DNA from: a virus | Taxonomy: Duplodnaviria > Caudoviricetes | Direction: 5' to 3' (one strand) | Length of the DNA: 64,000 nt | IMG/VR virus record: IMGVR_UViG_3300037067_011215 | Location: 3,554 to 67,553 of that record | Shown: piece by piece, positions 9,114-18,171 of the stretch | How positions within the stretch are numbered: the first letter of the stretch is position 1 | Layout of the letters: every line of letters starts with the position of its first letter | Position numbers and translations under genes: made by a program | Notes under the pieces: model-generated | The model's input: the letters and a program-made list of their open reading frames with translations, nothing else | The model's database searches: none | Told to the model about the DNA's origin: nothing

Positions 9114-9669
9114 CCAATTTCATATCTACTTCTGCTTCTTCCGGTCCTTTTTCTTCTTTTTCTTCGCTATCCTCATCTGCTACTATGTTTCTTGTTTGCT
9201 GCTGTGCAATTTGTTTTACATCAAATCCATATGCTTCGATTACTAGAAGAATATCGTGATCCGATATTTGTAGATGTCTTATTACTGCATTTTTTAGTGC
9301 TCTTGTTATTGCCAATTGTGCAAAATGTGTTTGTCCTCCTGAATGTGGCATCTCTGTTACTGATGCAAATCCTGTTGTTTTTTCTCCTCCTGGTTTATCT
9401 GTATCTAAGTCATATAGTCCTTTGTCGTAAATTTCCACTTTTGCTTCAACATATACTTTTCCAGATTCCCCTCCTAATGGAATTACTTTTGTTATGTCTG
9501 GTATGAATCCTAGATTTTTCTGTCTCATAACTTCATCTATGAAGTTATCAGATATTGTTAGCTTGTTTTCTCCTTTTTTTGCTTTTGTATTTATGTAGAA
9601 ATGCCATGATTCGAACTTTATTCCTTTTAAATGTTCTGGCAAGTTCTCCATTTTTTCTTTGTTTTCCAT
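9106..9669 (-). CDS. probable Rad52/Sak/ERF-like single-strand annealing protein
   Basis: VYVEAKVEI...TTGFASV...QLAITRALKNAV resembles the Rad52-fold signature; acidic tail. Confidence 0.55.
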   Translation of the reverse strand: MENKEKMENLPEHLKGIKFESWHFYINTKAKKGENKLTISDNFIDEVMRQKNLGFIPDITKVIPLGGESGKVYVEAKVEIYDKGLYDLDTDKPGGEKTTGFASVTEMPHSGGQTHFAQLAITRALKNAVIRHLQISDHDILLVIEAYGFDVKQIAQQQTRNIVADEDSEEKEEKGPEEAEVDMKLDV

Positions 9670-9710
9670 GTTTTTCCTCCGTAAAAAATATATTTATTTT
9701 CTTTTGTTTT

Positions 9711-11156
9711 CTATGTTTTTATTCCAGTCAAACTTTCGTACATTGCTTTTACTGCTGAAGCATCGTATTTTTTTACCATTCCCATTTTTGCAACGTCACT
9801 GAATGCGGTGTTTTTCAAGGCATTAATTTTATCTTCTCTCATTGCATTTGTTGACAACCCCTTTTTCATTCCTGCTACAAACAGCAGTTTTGTTTCTATT
9901 TCTTTCATTAGTGGTGTCATTTCCACTACTGTTGGTTCTTGCGCTGTTAGTTCCATTTCCATGTCGTCGTTTTCATTCGTTGGGGCCTCTTCTGGTTTCT
10001 GTTCTGGTTCCTGTTTCTGTTCTGGCTTTGGCTCTGGTTTTGGCTCTGGTTTTGGCTCTGGTTTTGGCTCTGGCTTTGGTTCTGGCTTTGGTTCTGGCTT
10101 TGTTGTTTTTATTTCTATGTTCTCGATTGGTGCGTCCTCGATTGGTTTTTCTGGTTCTGCTGGTTCTTCTGGTGCTAGTTTCTGTTGCCCCTGTACTACA
10201 GGAGTTGTTACAATTCCTTCTGGTGGTTCGAACATTGCCAGTGCATTCATGTTTAATTGGTATCCATTTTCCTGATCTCCGTTTATTCTTGTCACTGATC
10301 CGATTACCAGAATTTGTCTATCCTCTAGTGCTGATGCGAGTACTGTAGCTTGATCTAATGGATTATCGTATTTTTCTGAAGCATCTCTTGCAATTTCATT
10401 AAAATCCAATACCGAAATTGGCGTTTGTCCAGATCCGTTTCTTGGTGGTGTTACTCTGATCCATGCCATTATTCCATTTTCTGTTCTCGTTCGTAGGCTT
10501 ACTCGTGGTCCTTCTGCTACTAATTTTCCATCTTTTTCTGTTTTTGACCATATATTGTAAGTATTGTCCTTGTTCTGGTATTCCGACATCGGGTTTGCGC
10601 CCGCAATTGTTACGGCCACTGCTACTACTGTTGGTAGTGTTTTTATCAATCTTTTGGTATCTTGCAATGTCAGAATTGCTCCGAGGCCTGTCAATTTTTC
10701 TAGCAATTCTGGTTCTGTCATTGGTTTTCTGTTCATTACGTTTTTAATCCACCACGATTTTCTGTCGTCTTTGTCTTCCATCGCAATTAGAAGTCTTGCT
10801 TGTGAGTTTATTGGTACTCGGATTTTCTTCTCTCCGATATCTACTTCTCCTCGCCATGCCTGTACTTCTTTTCCTGTTTTCCCCTGAATGAATCCGTATG
10901 CTGTTGGCCCTTTTCCCGATTCTCCTATCTCTCTTGCTCCGTATAAGATTCCTACTGCTTCTGTTGCTGATTCATCTTCTTTTGCTTTCTTCAGTCTCTT
11001 TATTGCAAAGCTTACTGCGCTCTGTATTGAGTAGTTTCCAGAATCATTGTAGACAGATTCAATTATTTTTTCTGCTCCTTTTACTTTTGTCAGGTCATTG
11101 TTCTTTGTTTTTACTGCATTTGTAAATTCTTCTAGTTTCATATCTCCAAGTTTCAT
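9711..11156 (-). CDS. probable ssDNA-binding (OB-fold-like) protein with Pro/Glu/Lys linker
   Basis: Beta-rich N-terminal domains, (PEPK)7 linker, position beside annealing protein. Confidence 0.45.
   Translation of the reverse strand: MKLGDMKLEEFTNAVKTKNNDLTKVKGAEKIIESVYNDSGNYSIQSAVSFAIKRLKKAKEDESATEAVGILYGAREIGESGKGPTAYGFIQGKTGKEVQAWRGEVDIGEKKIRVPINSQARLLIAMEDKDDRKSWWIKNVMNRKPMTEPELLEKLTGLGAILTLQDTKRLIKTLPTVVAVAVTIAGANPMSEYQNKDNTYNIWSKTEKDGKLVAEGPRVSLRTRTENGIMAWIRVTPPRNGSGQTPISVLDFNEIARDASEKYDNPLDQATVLASALEDRQILVIGSVTRINGDQENGYQLNMNALAMFEPPEGIVTTPVVQGQQKLAPEEPAEPEKPIEDAPIENIEIKTTKPEPKPEPKPEPKPEPKPEPKPEPKPEQKQEPEQKPEEAPTNENDDMEMELTAQEPTVVEMTPLMKEIETKLLFVAGMKKGLSTNAMREDKINALKNTAFSDVAKMGMVKKYDASAVKAMYESLTGIKT
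10021..10104. repeat. 12-bp tandem repeat x7 (codes PEPK)
   Basis: TCTGGYTTTGGY units read directly. Confidence 0.95.
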
Positions 11157-11161
11157 TTTAC

Positions 11162-11473
11162 TTAAACCTCCTTGTTTTCATTTTCTTCATCATATTCTAT
11201 TTCTATCTCCGGCCCATTCAGATCTGTTCTTATTCCTCTAAAATCTTTTGGTGATGTTGTTAATGTCACTCCATTATCTTCTGCGGTTCTCTTTGTTGCT
11301 TGCCCAATTGTTTCCATTTGTGATTTAGGTACGAATATATATCTTATTGATTTCCCTTTCTTCATTAGTTCCAGTACATCCATTGTTGATGGTCTGTATG
11401 ACAATGCTACTGCTACTGTTTTTTGTCTCACTGCGTCCATATTTCTATCTGGTCTTATTAATATTGCTTTCAA
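11162..11473 (-). CDS. DUF1699-like protein (methanogen family)
   Basis: VALSYRPSTMDV and GIRTDLN resemble AFRPSNKD and GHRKDIN of DUF1699, recalled from memory. Confidence 0.6.
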   Translation of the reverse strand: MKAILIRPDRNMDAVRQKTVAVALSYRPSTMDVLELMKKGKSIRYIFVPKSQMETIGQATKRTAEDNGVTLTTSPKDFRGIRTDLNGPEIEIEYDEENENKEV

Positions 11474-11581
11474 TTTAGTTCACCTCGTTTCTCTATTATT
11501 TGTTTATAGAGAATCTTAAAGTATTTAAAATTTTTGTATCTCGTTCTTCGTGTGCATATGTTTTGTGTTTTGATTTCATCT

Positions 11582-12352
11582 TTATTCCAATGCTTTTTCT
11601 ATTGTCATTTTTCCATATGTGTTATTTCCCCTTTTTTCATTCCATTTATTTCGCATTAATTTCGTTTTTTTAAAAATGCGATCTATTTGGTGCATAGGTG
11701 CATTTATGTTTGAAAGTATTCTACAAAATGCTAGATCTGCTTCACTGTGTGATGCATATCCGGCTACATCCCATCTTCCCTCCCATAGTAGTTGTGCCTT
11801 TCTTGCATAATTACTATTCATTATTCTATTTACTAGTTTTTTATCATCTATAGAGTTTGCTAACCATTCAATTGCGTCTTGATTTCTGTTTATTATCATA
11901 TGATTTTCATCTATTGGGTCTAAAGTCATCGTGAAGAATCTTCCATTATCATAAATTTCTATTGCTCCTGTTTCATGAGATCCTATTTTTTGTGTACTTC
12001 GTTCGTCTGGTAAATATCCTTCTACAATTATATGTAATCCGTTTCCTGATGGACTTGTTTCTGTATATGAATTTAATTTTTCTACTATTTCCTCCCAACC
12101 ATTCCATTTTCTTATGTTATCCAGGTCTATTCCTACAAATGGGTCTTCTTCTGAAAAACAAAAACCTACTCCCTGGAAGGTTTTTGTGTCTGCTAAATAT
12201 TCATTAAATGCTTGATCAAAAGATTTCCAGCATTGTTTATTTGTTACTGATGTTGCCCGTCCGTGTTTCCCCATTGGAATTTTTGTCATTTTTCCTGATC
12301 GTTCTCTTTCTCCCCATAGAATCCATTGATCATATGTTCTTAGATTATACAT
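11582..12352 (-). CDS. NrS-1-like primase-polymerase (AEP) without helicase domain
   Basis: QWILW..KIP; GVGF...GIDLD; YTETSPSGNGLHI; IEIYDNGRFFTMT; helical C-domain SHSEADLAFC...TYGKMTIEKA. Confidence 0.85.
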   Translation of the reverse strand: MYNLRTYDQWILWGERERSGKMTKIPMGKHGRATSVTNKQCWKSFDQAFNEYLADTKTFQGVGFCFSEEDPFVGIDLDNIRKWNGWEEIVEKLNSYTETSPSGNGLHIIVEGYLPDERSTQKIGSHETGAIEIYDNGRFFTMTLDPIDENHMIINRNQDAIEWLANSIDDKKLVNRIMNSNYARKAQLLWEGRWDVAGYASHSEADLAFCRILSNINAPMHQIDRIFKKTKLMRNKWNEKRGNNTYGKMTIEKALE

Positions 12353-12938
12353 TTATATCTCCTATCCGTTCTTTTATCATATCAATTACAATTTCCATAT
12401 TATTCGCATTCATGTGTTGGCATAATCTCCATGCTATCATGAATGCTGCTTTTTCTTCTTCTTTGAATTCATTTACTATATCTGTGATATTTATTCCATT
12501 TATTGCTCTTAATATTGTTACATTTATTCGTGCTTCTGTTTCTGCTGTGTGATAAATCGTGTAGTCTACTGCATTCATGTTTTTTCTTATTCTTTTGATT
12601 TTTAACTTTTTCTTATCTGGTTTTTGATTTGCTTTTAATTCATTTAGTATTTTTTCTATGTTTTCTTTTATGTACCATGCTGGAAGTGTTTCTTTGTCTG
12701 TTTTGATTATTGGTGTTTCTGCTAACTTGTAGTATTTCCATTCAATATGTGTTCCTATTGGCATCCTTGATGCCAATTTTGGTCTTATTGATCTTATTTC
12801 TGTTACTAATTTGTCTGTTTCGTCACTTAATAATTGGTTTCCTCCTTTTTTTTCTATGAATTTTATGTGTTTTTCTATTAGTTTATTTCTCAATTTATCG
12901 CTTTCTTCGTTTTTTCCTAAATAAACAATAGGTATCAT
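12345..12938 (-). CDS. hypothetical protein
   Basis: GGAGA RBS; operonic. Confidence 0.6.
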   Translation of the reverse strand: MIPIVYLGKNEESDKLRNKLIEKHIKFIEKKGGNQLLSDETDKLVTEIRSIRPKLASRMPIGTHIEWKYYKLAETPIIKTDKETLPAWYIKENIEKILNELKANQKPDKKKLKIKRIRKNMNAVDYTIYHTAETEARINVTILRAINGINITDIVNEFKEEEKAAFMIAWRLCQHMNANNMEIVIDMIKERIGDINV

Positions 12939-12954
12939 TTGTTTTTCTCCATTT

Positions 12955-12981
12955 AATCGTCGCGTTTTTCACGCGACGATT
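12955..12981. repeat. hairpin, 11-bp perfect stem, containing stop codon
   Basis: AATCGTCGCGT-TTTTC-ACGCGACGATT. Confidence 0.85.
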
Positions 12982-14084
12982 TTAATCATGTTTTGTACGT
13001 TTCCGGCAATTTTGTTCAGTTCTCTCTGTCGTTCTACTCCGAATCCTTTTGCTGCTAATGTAATTCCATTTTGTACCTGGAAAAGCGTGTTTTTTTCTTC
13101 TGGTGCTATTGTTGTATCTCCCATCATTGCATTTATAATGGCATTTGTTTCTGCATCTGAAAGTTTTTCTGCTTTCTTTATTTTTTCTACTGTCACTTTT
13201 GGTTCTACTTTTATTTCTTTTGTTTCTGCAATTCCTGCAATAATTGGATCAAATAGTTGGTCACTTGCTATTCCTGCATTCAAAGAATCTCTCAAAATCT
13301 TATTCCATAGTTCATTTTGAGTTGCCATTGTGTCAGGTGCAAATATGCCTTCATTCAGTTTTTCTCCTTTATGAATTCTTCTTGAAATTACACCATGCAG
13401 CATTAAGTTTCCGCACATGTATCTCCATACACCTGCTTCTACTACCATTGCCCCATCGCCCACTTCTGAATTTTTGAATACCATCATCTTTTTGTAAGTA
13501 TCTCCTTTTCCCAAGTCCCATTCCGTTCCTTCATCTATGATTTGTATATACATATTGTGATCCGAGAATTGTGCTTTCTTGAATTTTATTGGTTTTACTG
13601 TGTCATCTCGCATCATGTTTGCTGCTTTTATTGTATTTGCAATTGTTATAAAAGCATCATAGTTGTCGAATGGATTATATCCAGGCGATACCAATGCTCT
13701 GTATTTGTCTCCCACTGTTCTTACTCTATGTGGTTTTCCTTCGGAAAGCCACATGTTCATGTGATTTACGGCTTCGTTTATGTGATTTTTCTCTACTAAT
13801 GTATCATGGTATTTCTTTGGTAGTTCTGTTACTCCGATGGTTTGGTTTTTTGCCCAATTGGTTGGTTCGAATACTTTCATTCCATCTTCTGCTTCGATTA
13901 CCAATGACCATTCATCTTTTCCTGTGTCTACAATGCTCAATTTTCCCGGATCTGCGATGTAATCCAGGCTATTTTGTCTTATATCTTGTAGATATGGAAT
14001 TATATCTCCAAGAAATTTTTCGTCGAATTCTCTATCTACCAACTTTGGTGGTAATGTTTCTTTGCTCAAATCAATTTCTTCCAT
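12969..14084 (-). CDS. DUF932-like protein
   Basis: YRALVSPGYNPFDN and FKNSEVGDGAMVVEAGVWRYMCGN resemble the DUF932 pattern. Confidence 0.7.
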   Translation of the reverse strand: MEEIDLSKETLPPKLVDREFDEKFLGDIIPYLQDIRQNSLDYIADPGKLSIVDTGKDEWSLVIEAEDGMKVFEPTNWAKNQTIGVTELPKKYHDTLVEKNHINEAVNHMNMWLSEGKPHRVRTVGDKYRALVSPGYNPFDNYDAFITIANTIKAANMMRDDTVKPIKFKKAQFSDHNMYIQIIDEGTEWDLGKGDTYKKMMVFKNSEVGDGAMVVEAGVWRYMCGNLMLHGVISRRIHKGEKLNEGIFAPDTMATQNELWNKILRDSLNAGIASDQLFDPIIAGIAETKEIKVEPKVTVEKIKKAEKLSDAETNAIINAMMGDTTIAPEEKNTLFQVQNGITLAAKGFGVERQRELNKIAGNVQNMIKIVA

Positions 14085-14086
14085 AT

Positions 14087-14617
14087 TTATTCCTCCAATT
14101 TCAATTCCGCGCTTGCGAGCGCGGAATTGATTTCATTTTTTGTGAATCCTATTTTTTTTAGTGTGAATATTACATCGTATTTTAAATCTTCTATGATTTC
14201 ATTAAAGTGTTCTTTTCCTAAGTCCGATTCAATTCCCCACAATGAACTATCCGCATATAAAATTTCCCAATTTTTTCCATCTTCTGATATTCCTACTTTT
14301 GCTTCTAATACTATTCCGATCATCCACCATTTTTCTTTGTAATAGTCGATTAATCTTTGTCTATCTTCTCTTGCATACGTCCAATCGGCTTTTTTTAATG
14401 ATCCGTACTGTTTTATTACTTTTTCTTTTTCTTCTTGTGATACGTGTTTCCAATTTTCTGGATTATGTGGCCAATGTGGTCCTGGTGTAAACCAAAATCC
14501 ATCGTATGTTTCCATATCGAATTTCTTTCTGTCTCCACGATGAAACTCTCCCAAATAATAAAGATCTGGATTATCGTCTTGTTCTTGTTTTACTTTAATT
14601 GATTCTATTTTCTTCAT
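14087..14617 (-). CDS. hypothetical protein
   Basis: Operonic; typical codon usage. Confidence 0.6.
   Translation of the reverse strand: MKKIESIKVKQEQDDNPDLYYLGEFHRGDRKKFDMETYDGFWFTPGPHWPHNPENWKHVSQEEKEKVIKQYGSLKKADWTYAREDRQRLIDYYKEKWWMIGIVLEAKVGISEDGKNWEILYADSSLWGIESDLGKEHFNEIIEDLKYDVIFTLKKIGFTKNEINSALASAELKLEE
14101..14130. repeat. hairpin, 13-bp perfect stem, just upstream of GGAGG RBS of 14084
   Basis: TCAATTCCGCGCT-TGCG-AGCGCGGAATTGA. Confidence 0.9.
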
Positions 14618-14753
14618 TTTCTTTCTCCTTTTGTTTATAATCTCTCTTTTTCTGTCGTGTACCTTGCCAAGATTCTAATATAATCTGCTAGATATGTCTT
14701 CGAGATTTTGTTTTCATTGATTATCATATCTAATAATTTACTTTGGACAGGAT

Positions 14754-14969
14754 CTATTTCCATGTCCAACCATCTCTTTCCAGTTGCTCGATTTGAGTTA
14801 GCTTTACATTTCTGAGCTTGCCCATCACCACGAATTCTCCACAGAGATAGCTGCAATACTCAATATCAACACCTAGTTTTGCTAGTTCTCCCCATGCTGT
14901 GCTTCTTGATTCGTCTTTTACTATTAGTTTTACTTTGTTGCCACTAAATATATCGATTGTTTTTTTCAT
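14754..14969 (-). CDS. small hypothetical protein
   Basis: GGAGGTCTAAAC-ATG at 14969 (MKKTIDIF). Confidence 0.55.
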   Translation of the reverse strand: MKKTIDIFSGNKVKLIVKDESRSTAWGELAKLGVDIEYCSYLCGEFVVMGKLRNVKLTQIEQLERDGWTWK

Positions 14970-14971
14970 GT

Positions 14972-15550
14972 TTAGACCTCCAAATTCAGTTCTTCGATTT
15001 TCGCGCCGTCCGTGACGGCGCGAGATATCATCACATCGCATCCATCTCCCTCTGATCCGTGATGCCATGCATTTATTGTTTCTAGTTCTCTTTCTAGTTC
15101 TTCCCACCAATCTTGATCTAGTCTCGCTTCTAGCGAGCCTAATCCATAACATTCGTTGCATGTTATCCAAGGATTCCACCACTTTAATTGTTTTCTTACT
15201 TTAATTAATTTTCTTTGTGTTTTTTGTGATAGATTGTAGAAGTGTATTCCAGTTCCTACCATTTGTTTTATTAGTTCCTTTTGTTTCTTTTCTAATTTTT
15301 CATATTTTTTCCTTTTTCCGTGTGGATTTCTTATTTGTCCTGATCCATCTTTACATTTTGGACAGTTATCTACGTTGCTGTGTGCAAATGGATAGTATAT
15401 TTTTCCTGAAGGTGTTAGACTTAATATCGATCCTAGATAAATTGTTTGAATTTTGTTTCCTTCTTCGTCTTCGTAAGTTTCACTATTGTCGAGTTGCTGC
15501 TGCAACTCGACTAAATCAAGAATTTGTTTTGTCATTTTCCTAATCCCCAT
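14972..15550 (-). CDS. protein with DnaJ-like CxxCxGxG zinc motifs
   Basis: CPKCKDGSG and CNECYGLG. Confidence 0.55.
   Translation of the reverse strand: MGIRKMTKQILDLVELQQQLDNSETYEDEEGNKIQTIYLGSILSLTPSGKIYYPFAHSNVDNCPKCKDGSGQIRNPHGKRKKYEKLEKKQKELIKQMVGTGIHFYNLSQKTQRKLIKVRKQLKWWNPWITCNECYGLGSLEARLDQDWWEELERELETINAWHHGSEGDGCDVMISRAVTDGAKIEELNLEV
15001..15023. repeat. hairpin, 10-bp perfect stem
   Basis: TCGCGCCGTC-CGT-GACGGCGCGA. Confidence 0.85.
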
Positions 15551-15840
15551 CCTTCTCCTAAAAAACTGTTTGTTCTTTTTGTATTTAATATTTTTATAGG
15601 AAATCCTCTTGGATCATTGTTTATTTCTATTTTAATGTTATATTTTCTTTCTATTTCTTTTGCTTCCATTTCTAGTGCATTTGTTTCTATTTCTTCTTTG
15701 TCTGTATTTTTTCCGTTGCAGTATGATAAATTTAATTCTTGTAGTTTGTATGCAATTTTTCTTAGTTTAATTATTGTTTTTCTTGATATTTTTGGATATG
15801 ATTTTTGAATTGCGTTAATGTCGTCTTTTATTGTTGTCAT
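15532..15840 (-). CDS. hypothetical protein
   Basis: ORF with RBS-like GGAAAA; NNDPRGFPIKI motif. Confidence 0.55.
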   Translation of the reverse strand: MTTIKDDINAIQKSYPKISRKTIIKLRKIAYKLQELNLSYCNGKNTDKEEIETNALEMEAKEIERKYNIKIEINNDPRGFPIKILNTKRTNSFLGEGWGLGK

Positions 15841-15954
15841 TGTTTTTTCCTTTTTTCTTTTACCAGTTTGTCAAAAAAATCTGCCCCATCTTTAAGTTCT
15901 TCATAAGATAAATTTTCTGCTTCAACTTCGTCATTTGTCATTATTTCCATTTAA

Positions 15955-16191
15955 TCAAATCCTAAAATCTTCATAATCGTTATTTTTTATTCTTCTGTTC
16001 ATTGCTTCTATTGCTTCTGTTTCTGTTGCGTCGTCTTCTTTGCTTATGAATGTGAAGAAATATACTAATTCAAGGTCCAGGTTGAAAATGTTTATTCCAT
16101 GTCCTCCGTTCCATACTAATATCAATTTGTTTTTCTTATCATATTTTGCTAGATTTGTGCTACTTAATATATTATCTAGTTTGTTTTGCAT
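15955..16191 (-). CDS. hypothetical protein
   Basis: ORF track; operonic. Confidence 0.5.
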   Translation of the reverse strand: MQNKLDNILSSTNLAKYDKKNKLILVWNGGHGINIFNLDLELVYFFTFISKEDDATETEAIEAMNRRIKNNDYEDFRI

Positions 16192-16230
16192 TGTTTTTCA
16201 CCAGTTGTTTATTTTCTATTTCTTTTTTGT

Positions 16231-16413
16231 TCATGGTATTTTCCTTCTCCATCCGCATCTAGTACATTGCATTGTTTTATTGTTTTGTAGTACTATAAAT
16301 CCTGTATTTTCACATGCTTCACATAGATATCCAATTTTTGTTCCTGGTTTGTATTCTTCTCTTTCTTTTTTTCTTTTTATTAGTTTGTTTATTTTATTGA
16401 TTAGTTTTCCCAT
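16231..16413 (-). CDS. small Zn-ribbon protein
   Basis: CEAC...CTRC; start MGKLIN after GAGAGG. Confidence 0.55.
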   Translation of the reverse strand: MGKLINKINKLIKRKKEREEYKPGTKIGYLCEACENTGFIVLQNNKTMQCTRCGWRRKIP

Positions 16414-16508
16414 GTTTTTTCCTCTCATCATCTATTACTTCTTCTACATATTCTTCCATTTTGTATGTATTTGTAATCCAAGACATAGATATCCAATTTT
16501 TGTTCCTG
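16321..16508. repeat. 26-bp exact direct repeat (16321-16346 and 16483-16508)
   Basis: ACATAGATATCCAATTTTTGTTCCTG twice, 162 bp apart. Confidence 0.9.
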
Positions 16509-16555
16509 TTTTGCATTCTTTTGAAAAATACATACCACCAAATATATTCGTTCAT
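16394..16555 (-). CDS. small hypothetical protein (53 aa, below ORF-track cutoff)
   Basis: GGAGGATGAAG-ATG; MNEYIWWYVF...KHGKTNQ. Confidence 0.4.
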   Translation of the reverse strand: MNEYIWWYVFFKRMQNRNKNWISMSWITNTYKMEEYVEEVIDDERKKHGKTNQ

Positions 16556-16587
16556 CTTCATCCTCCATGTCTTTTTTTAGTTTTTCT

Positions 16588-16791
16588 TCAAGTTTTTTGA
16601 TTTTTATTTTCTACCAACCATCCAAAATTTGCTCCTTGTGGTTCATATGTTATTTCATCTCCAACATTTCCTTTAAATTTTCTTGGTGCTATTACTTTAT
16701 ATGGCATTGTTGGATGATTATCTATGTATAAAAGTATTCTATCTTCATCGTTTACTATTTTTTGAATTATTGCTTTTCGATTTTTTGTCAT
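16588..16791 (-). CDS. small hypothetical protein
   Basis: AAGGAGAG RBS. Confidence 0.55.
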   Translation of the reverse strand: MTKNRKAIIQKIVNDEDRILLYIDNHPTMPYKVIAPRKFKGNVGDEITYEPQGANFGWLVENKNQKT

Positions 16792-16813
16792 TTGTGTAAT
16801 CTCTCCTTTAAAT

Positions 16814-17014
16814 TTAGTGTCTTCTTATATGTCTTGTTAATCTAAACGACAGTCCAAAATTTGCTTTTTGTATTTGTACTGGTAATTCTTTTTCATTTTT
16901 GTTTTTCTTCAAGTTTCTGCCGCAGCGTCGGCAGAAACTTGGCGGGCCGCTTCCTAATTCTGTATATCTTCTTCCACATTTACAAATTATCATTTCATTA
17001 CTCCATTTTTCCAT
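16814..17014 (-). CDS. small Zn-ribbon protein
   Basis: CKCG...CRRCG. Confidence 0.5.
   Translation of the reverse strand: MEKWSNEMIICKCGRRYTELGSGPPSFCRRCGRNLKKNKNEKELPVQIQKANFGLSFRLTRHIRRH
16910..16941. repeat. intragenic hairpin, 13-bp perfect stem
   Basis: CAAGTTTCTGCCG-CAGCGT-CGGCAGAAACTTG. Confidence 0.85.
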
Positions 17015-17053
17015 CTTATTTCATATTTTGTTAATTTAATTTCTGTCATTCTT

Positions 17054-17563
17054 TTAATCTTTATATAATCCTGCCATTAAATCCCCCTTTATCATGTCCC
17101 ATCCTGTGCTTCCTATTTTGTTTTCTGGTTTGTCCATATATAAACCGAATAACATTCCTGCTATCATTTCTACTTCTTTTCTTGCCTCTTTCATTAATTC
17201 TTTTGCATTGTTTCCATATAATGTTTTTAAATTTGCCGAAATTCCGTAATTTTCTATTATTTCTGCTATTCGTTCTTCTGTCATTTTTGATCTATTTTTA
17301 TTTTCTAATCTCATTGATGTGAAAGCACTGTCTTTTTCTATATCTGGTACTTGTGATGGTGCAACTGCATGAATTTCTACTACATAAGTGTACTTTCCAC
17401 TTATTTTTTCTCCAGTTTCTTCTACGAAATTTATAAATGAAATGATTAACCAGTAATCAAAGTCTCCATTGTTTAATTTCTTTGTGATCCATTTTGCTCC
17501 GAATGTTTTCCAGTTGATGTCTCCCGATATAAATTTTAGTTTCATTTTAATCGTATCTCCCAA
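17054..17563 (-). CDS. hypothetical protein
   Basis: ORF track; operonic. Confidence 0.6.
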   Translation of the reverse strand: MGDTIKMKLKFISGDINWKTFGAKWITKKLNNGDFDYWLIISFINFVEETGEKISGKYTYVVEIHAVAPSQVPDIEKDSAFTSMRLENKNRSKMTEERIAEIIENYGISANLKTLYGNNAKELMKEARKEVEMIAGMLFGLYMDKPENKIGSTGWDMIKGDLMAGLYKD

Positions 17564-17874
17564 TTATCGTATCCTGTTAGTAATGATTTAATCAAATCTG
17601 CTAATGTATAATTTGTTCCTAAGTTTAGTAGTTCTCCGTTTTTATCTTTTATGTCAATTTTTGTATTTTCTAGCAATTTTATGAATTCTAATGGTAAAAT
17701 GATTGGTAATCCCATTGTTGAATTATTGTTGTAACTATATGCAATTGCATAAATTATATCTTGTTCATTAAATCCTAGTTTTTTCATTTCATCTACGATA
17801 TAATTTGGAATTGCTGAATCTACTCCTTCGTCGTTTCTTGTTAATTTCATTAAGTCTCCTTTTGAAAATGTCAT
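17542..17874 (-). CDS. hypothetical protein
   Basis: GGAGGT RBS. Confidence 0.6.
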   Translation of the reverse strand: MTFSKGDLMKLTRNDEGVDSAIPNYIVDEMKKLGFNEQDIIYAIAYSYNNNSTMGLPIILPLEFIKLLENTKIDIKDKNGELLNLGTNYTLADLIKSLLTGYDNWEIRLK

Positions 17875-17889
17875 AATTAATTACCTCCT

Positions 17890-17917
17890 AGTCGCATTTG
17901 CTGTTGCAAATGCGACT
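17890..17917. repeat. hairpin, 12-bp perfect stem, between stop codon and AGGAGGT RBS
   Basis: AGTCGCATTTGC-TGTT-GCAAATGCGACT. Confidence 0.9.
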
Positions 17918-18171
17918 TAATTCCTCATTTTTAGTATTGTTCTCCACTGTGATGATATTCTCCTTTTCCTAAGTATTTCAAATCTTTTAATCTTGTCAGT
18001 TTTTCTGCTTCTTCTTTTGTTCTTGTCATTAATGTATATTCTTTTATTTCTCCATTTTCCATCAATGCGAATATTTGCATGCGTTTTTTTTCTTTTTTTT
18101 ATTGTTATATTGTTGTTTAATATTGCATTTTCTATTTGTTTTTTTGATATCCATACATGATATCCACTCAC
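17917..18171 (-). CDS. small basic hypothetical protein
   Basis: Overlaps stop of methyltransferase gene. Confidence 0.4.
   Translation of the reverse strand: MSGYHVWISKKQIENAILNNNITIKKRKKTHANIRIDGKWRNKRIYINDKNKRRSRKTDKIKRFEILRKRRISSQWRTILKMRN

Noticed and set aside
15123-15137. Short hairpins at 15123 (6 bp) and 29410-29440 (8 bp, 15-nt loop)
   Set aside because: Short stems or large loops could be chance; not counted in the hairpin system.
16321-16508. CRISPR mini-array or DGR template/variable repeat
   Set aside because: Only two copies 162 bp apart, no A-specific mismatches, and no reverse transcriptase or cas genes.
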